The notes under the pieces are model-generated. The model had not been told where the DNA came from, made no database searches, and saw nothing but the letters and a program-made list of their open reading frames with translations. 64,000 nt of DNA from Somniosus microcephalus (taxonomy: Eukaryota). Made by a program: the position numbers and the translations under genes. Numbering within the stretch: position 1 is the stretch's first letter; each line of letters opens with the position of its first letter. Below are positions 59,366 to 64,000 of the stretch, in pieces. Location: positions 254,944,001-255,008,000 of the forward strand of contig CM126208.1 of assembly GCA_052327205.1 (NCBI GenBank), given 5' to 3'.

Positions 59366-60982
59366 ACCCACAGGACTCTGCTCTTTCCTGACACTGGGGA
59401 GCTACTGGTGTAAGTGCATATAATTGCAGCAAAGGGCATGTGCATTTGATCCCGCCTGACATAAGCTCAGAACAGCTGCTTATTATTCTGGGCGGGTAGG
59501 AGTGCTTAAAGAGAGGCAGTTTAGTTGAAAACTGGTCTTTTTATTTTAAAGTTGCATTTTGGAAATGTAAGGAGATAGGTGTTCATATATTTTCCTTATA
59601 TTTGAAAGTAACTGTTTAAAACATTTTTTTTAAACTTGGCATTAAATGCCCCTTTCCTTGTTCTAACTTACAGCGTCAAATAGGTTACGTGCAAGAAAAC
59701 GTGCACACCATTAATTCTCCTAAGATGCCCATTGCACCCATTTCTTCAGTTGTAAACCCGCTACTCTGAAGAATGACAGTCAACAGCGCCGCCTAGTGTC
59801 AAAATACCGCATGTACTTGCCCATTGAAGTTAACTGATGGGCAGGTTTTCTTTTTCATTGCCAGAAGGATTCAATCTTTTCCTTTTAAACCCTTCCCAGC
59901 ATCACAAAACACGAGCTCCTGCCCTTTAAAGATGTTACATCTAGACGAAAAATTACCCCAGCATTTTCAGTTAAATTTAAACATTTTTTCCACAGGGAAT
60001 GCCAGTCAGACTGCGTATTGTGTGGTGTTATGTGTAATATAAAATGTGCAAATAATGCACGCTGTAAAGTTGCGGTAGGAAGTGTTTTGTGTGTATGTTT
60101 CGGGAGGGGGAGGCAACAAAGAAGCAAAATGAAATGTGCTACACAAACTTTATAAAGTTAGTAAATTGCCCGTTAAAAAAGGCACCTTAAAGGAGCAGGG
60201 AAAAAATCGTTTTTCAAAGTGCTATCTCATTTTTTTTTAAAGTACTTACAAGTATCTTGTTTGGTTTTTTTTTCTCCCTTTTGGTTGAGGATTGTCAATC
60301 CCAACCATGACCTCCCAGGGTTAGCACCTCTGCAGCAGGAATCAAACTTGTCCAAAGTGGCTGCTTCTATGGTTTTCAATGCAGTTAGTTGCCTGGGATA
60401 TACAGTGAAACATCCCATTAGCAACTGGAAACAATTTAATGTGGCACCGATGTCGGGAAGCAATTCTTCACACAAGAATGATCAATACTTGGAATGGTCT
60501 CTCCGATAGGATAGGGTAGTGCAGGTAAAAAATCTGCAATTATTCAAGAGGCGGCTGGATGTAGTGATGGAGGGGCCACAGGCTTCTATGAAAGGATGAG
60601 CTGGAGAAATGGTCCAAATGGCTTTCCTTATACATACCGATCTTCATGATGTCACAGAGATGCCTAGTATTTCTGAAATTGTGTTCGCAGTTGTTAATTA
60701 CAAGAAAACAAACATTTTTTTTATTAGGAGGAATGCCACTTTCCCCCTCTACTCCCAGGCTTCTTATTGTTGTATTGTAGCACGGCATCTCGGGGACTAA
60801 TAACAGCAACTTGTATTTATATAGCGCCTTTAACATAGTAAAACGTCCCAAGGCGCTTCACAGGAGTGTTAGCAAACAAAATTTGACACTGAGCCACACA
60901 AGGAGATATTAGGAGAGTAGAGGTAGATTTTAAGGATTGTCTTATAGGAGGAACAAGATCTGGAGAGGCGGAGAGGTTTAGA

Positions 60983-62555
60983 ATCATAGAAATTTAAAGC
61001 ACAGAAAGAGGCCATTCGGGCCATCTTGTCTGTGCCGGCAAAGAGCTAACCAGCCTAATCTCACTTTCCAGCACTTGGTCCGTAGCCCTGTAGGTTACGG
61101 CACTTCAAGCGCATATCCAAGTTCTTTTGAAATGTGATGAGGGTTTCTGCCTCTACCACCCTTTCAGGCAGTGAGTTCCAGACCCCCACCACCCTCTGGG
61201 TGAAAAAAATTCTCCTCAAATCCCCTCTAAACCTCCTACCAATTACTTTCAATCTGTGCCCCCTGATTATCGACCCCTCTGCAAAGGGAAATAGGTCCTT
61301 CCTATCCACTCTATCTAGGCCCCTCATAATAGTATACACCACAAATACGTCTCCCCTCAGCCTCCTCTGTTCCAAAGAAAACAACCCCAGCCTATCCAAT
61401 CTTTCTTCACAGCTAAAATTCCCCAGCCCAGGCAACATCCTTGTAAATCTCCTCTGTACCCGCTCTAGTGCAATCACATCCTCCCTGTAATGTGGTGACC
61501 AGAACTGTACGCAGTACTCTAGCTGCGGCCTAACTAGTGTTTTATACAGTTCAAGCATAACCTCCCTGCTCTTGTATTCTATGCCTCAGCTAATAAAGGC
61601 AAGTATCCCGTATGCCTTCTTAACCACTTTATCTACCTGTCCTGCTACCTTCAGGGATCTGTGGACCTGCACTCCAAGGTCCCGCTGATCCTCTGCACTT
61701 CTCAGTGTCCTACCATTTATTGTATATTCCCTTGCTGTTAGCCCTCCCCAAATACAAAACCTCACACTTCTCCGGATTGAATTCCATTTGCCACTGTTCT
61801 GCCTACCTGACCAGTCCATTGATATCTTCCTGCAGTCTGCAGCTTTCTTCTTCATTATCAACCACGTGGCCAATTTTTGTATCACCTGCAAACCTCTTAA
61901 TCATACTTCCTACATTCAAGTCCAAATCATTGATATATACCACAAAAAGCAAAGGACCCAGTACTGAGTCCTGCAGAACCCCACCAGAAACAACCTTCCA
62001 GTCACAAAAACACCCTTCGACCAATTTGCCTCTGAGCCAATTTCAGATCCAACTTGCCACTTTGCCTTGGATTCCCATGGGCTTTTACTTTCATGACCAG
62101 TCTGCCATGCGGGACCTTATTGAAAGCCTTGCTAAAATCCATATAGACTACATCAAATGCACTACCCTCATCGACCCTCCTTGTTACCTCCTCAAAAAAT
62201 TCAATCAAGTCAGTCAGACACGACCTTCCCTTAACAAATCCATGCTGACTGTTCCTGATTAATCCATGTCTTTCTAAATGAAGATTTATCCTGCCCCTCA
62301 GAATTTTTTCTAACAATTTTCCCACCACCGAGTTTAGGCTGACTGGCCTGTAATTACTCGATCTATCCCTTTCTCCCTTTTTAAACAATAGTACCACATT
62401 AGCAGTCCTCTGGCACCACACCTGTAGCCAGAGAGGATTGGAAAATGATGGTCAGACAGAGCCTCTGCTATTTCCTCCCTTGCTTCTCTTAACAGTCTGG
62501 GATACATTTCATCCGGGCCTGGGGATTTATCCACTTTCAAAGATGCTAAACCCAT
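60983..62555 (-). mobile_element. CR1 LINE ORF2 region, frameshifted
   Basis: KSPGPDEMYPRLL; NYRPVSL; SQHGFVKGRSCLT; RPQLEYCVQFWSP. Confidence 0.93.
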
Positions 62556-62556
62556 C

Positions 62557-64000
62557 ATAGAAACATAGAAGATAGAAGCAGGAATAGGCCATTCGGCCCC
62601 TCGAGCCTGCTCCGCCATTCAATGAGATCATGGCTGATCATCCAAACTCAGTACCCTGTCCCTGCTTTCTCCCCATATCCCTTGATCCCTTTAGCCTTAA
62701 GAAATATATCTAACTCCTTCTTGAATATATTTAATGAATTGGCCTCAACTGCCTTCTGTGGTAGAGAATTCCACAGGTTCACCACTCTCTGGGTGAAGAA
62801 ATTCCTCCTCATCTCTGTCCTAAATGGCTTACCCCTTATCTTTAGAATGTGACCCTTGGTTCTGGACTCCCCCGCCATCGGGAACATCCTTCCTGCATCT
62901 AGTCTGTCTAGTCCTGTTAGAATTTTATAAGCTTTAATGAGATCCCCTCTCATGCTTCTAAACTCCAGCAAGCATAAGCCCAATCAACCCAATCTCTCCT
63001 CATACGTCATTCCTGCCATCCCAGGTATCAGTCTGGTGAATCTTCGCTGCACTCCCTCCATGGCAAGAACATCCTTCCTCAGATAAGGCGACCAAAACTG
63101 CACACAATTCTCAAGGTGTGGTCTCACCAAGGCCCTGCACAACTGCAGCAAGACATCCTTGTTCCTGTACTTGAATCCTCTCGCTACGAAGGCCAACATA
63201 CCATTTGCCTTCTTAACTGCCTGCTGCACTTGCATGCTTACCCTCAGCGACTGGTGCACAAGGACTCCCAGGTCTCGTTGCACTTCCCCTTCTCCCAATC
63301 TATTGCCGTTCAGATAATAATCTGCCTTCCTGTTTTTGCCACCAAAGTGGATAACCTCGCATTTATCCACATTATACTGCATCTGCCATACATCTGCCCA
63401 ATCACCCAACCTGTCCAAATCATACTGGAGTTTCTCGGCATCCTCCTCACAGCACACACGCCCACCCAGCTTTGTGTTGTCTGCAAACTTGGAGATATTA
63501 CATCTAGTTCCCTCGTCTAGATCATTAATATATATTGTGAATAGCTGGGGTCCTAGCACCGATCCCTGCGGTACCCCACTAGTCACTGCCTGCCACTCGG
63601 AAAAAGAGCCGTTTATTCCAACTCGTTGCTTCCTGTCTGCCAGCCAGTTCTCTATCCAAGTCAGTACCTTGCCCCCAATCCCATGTGCTTTAACTTTACA
63701 CGCTAATCTCTTATGCAGGACTTTATCGAAAGCCTTCTGAAAGTCCAAATACACCACATCCACTGGTTCTCCCTTATCTATTCTACCAGTTACATCCTCA
63801 AAAAATTCCAGTAGATTAGTCAAGCATGATTTACCTTTTGTAAATCCATGTTGACTTTATCCGATCCTGTCACTGTTTCCCAAGTGCTCTGCTATTACAC
63901 CTTTTATAATGGACTCTAGCATTTTCCCCACTACCGATGTCAGGCTTACCGGTCTATAATTCCCCGTTTTCTCTCTACCACCTTTTTTGAATAGTGGGGT
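62557..64000 (-). mobile_element. Young CR1 LINE (RT domain), continues beyond the window
   Basis: 279-aa ORF with YLDFQKAFDKV, GVPQGSVLGP and KFADN (FADD altered); one frameshift near 62984. Confidence 0.95.

Noticed and set aside
62984-63823. 279-aa RT ORF as a functional gene
   Set aside because: CR1 ORF2 fragment with the catalytic FADD changed to FADN and a downstream frameshift
43100-64000. Exons of the usual upstream neighbour ATP9B
   Set aside because: No translation resembling a P4-ATPase C-terminus was recognised

Overview
Repeat-rich vertebrate DNA, most likely from a shark or other chondrichthyan (inferred from the CR1/HER1-type LINEs, V-SINE, Deu-domain SINEs, Penelope tails and Harbinger MITEs). 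The only host gene found is the 5' half of NFATC1 on the minus strand: alternative first exon alpha (MKSAEE, 41816-41834), alternative first exon beta (MTSLCEDEEEFDFGFLFEF, 32237-32330), the 1135-nt regulatory-domain exon (17895-19029) and the first Rel-homology exon (9377-9536). All splice phases are compatible. The standout structure lies in the intron between the last two exons. It is a compact, CpG-rich, full-length Ty3/gypsy element of the CsRn1/Kabuki type (11673-16023; single 1258-aa gag-pol ORF, CHCC motif, tRNA-Trp PBS, GCTA TSD). A related solo LTR is inserted in the opposite orientation only 23 bp away with its own ATGT TSD, giving a ~540-bp near-perfect palindrome inside the NFATC1 pre-mRNA. 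Repeat boundaries without a TSD or TIR are approximate, and repeat family names come from recall of motifs, not database searches.
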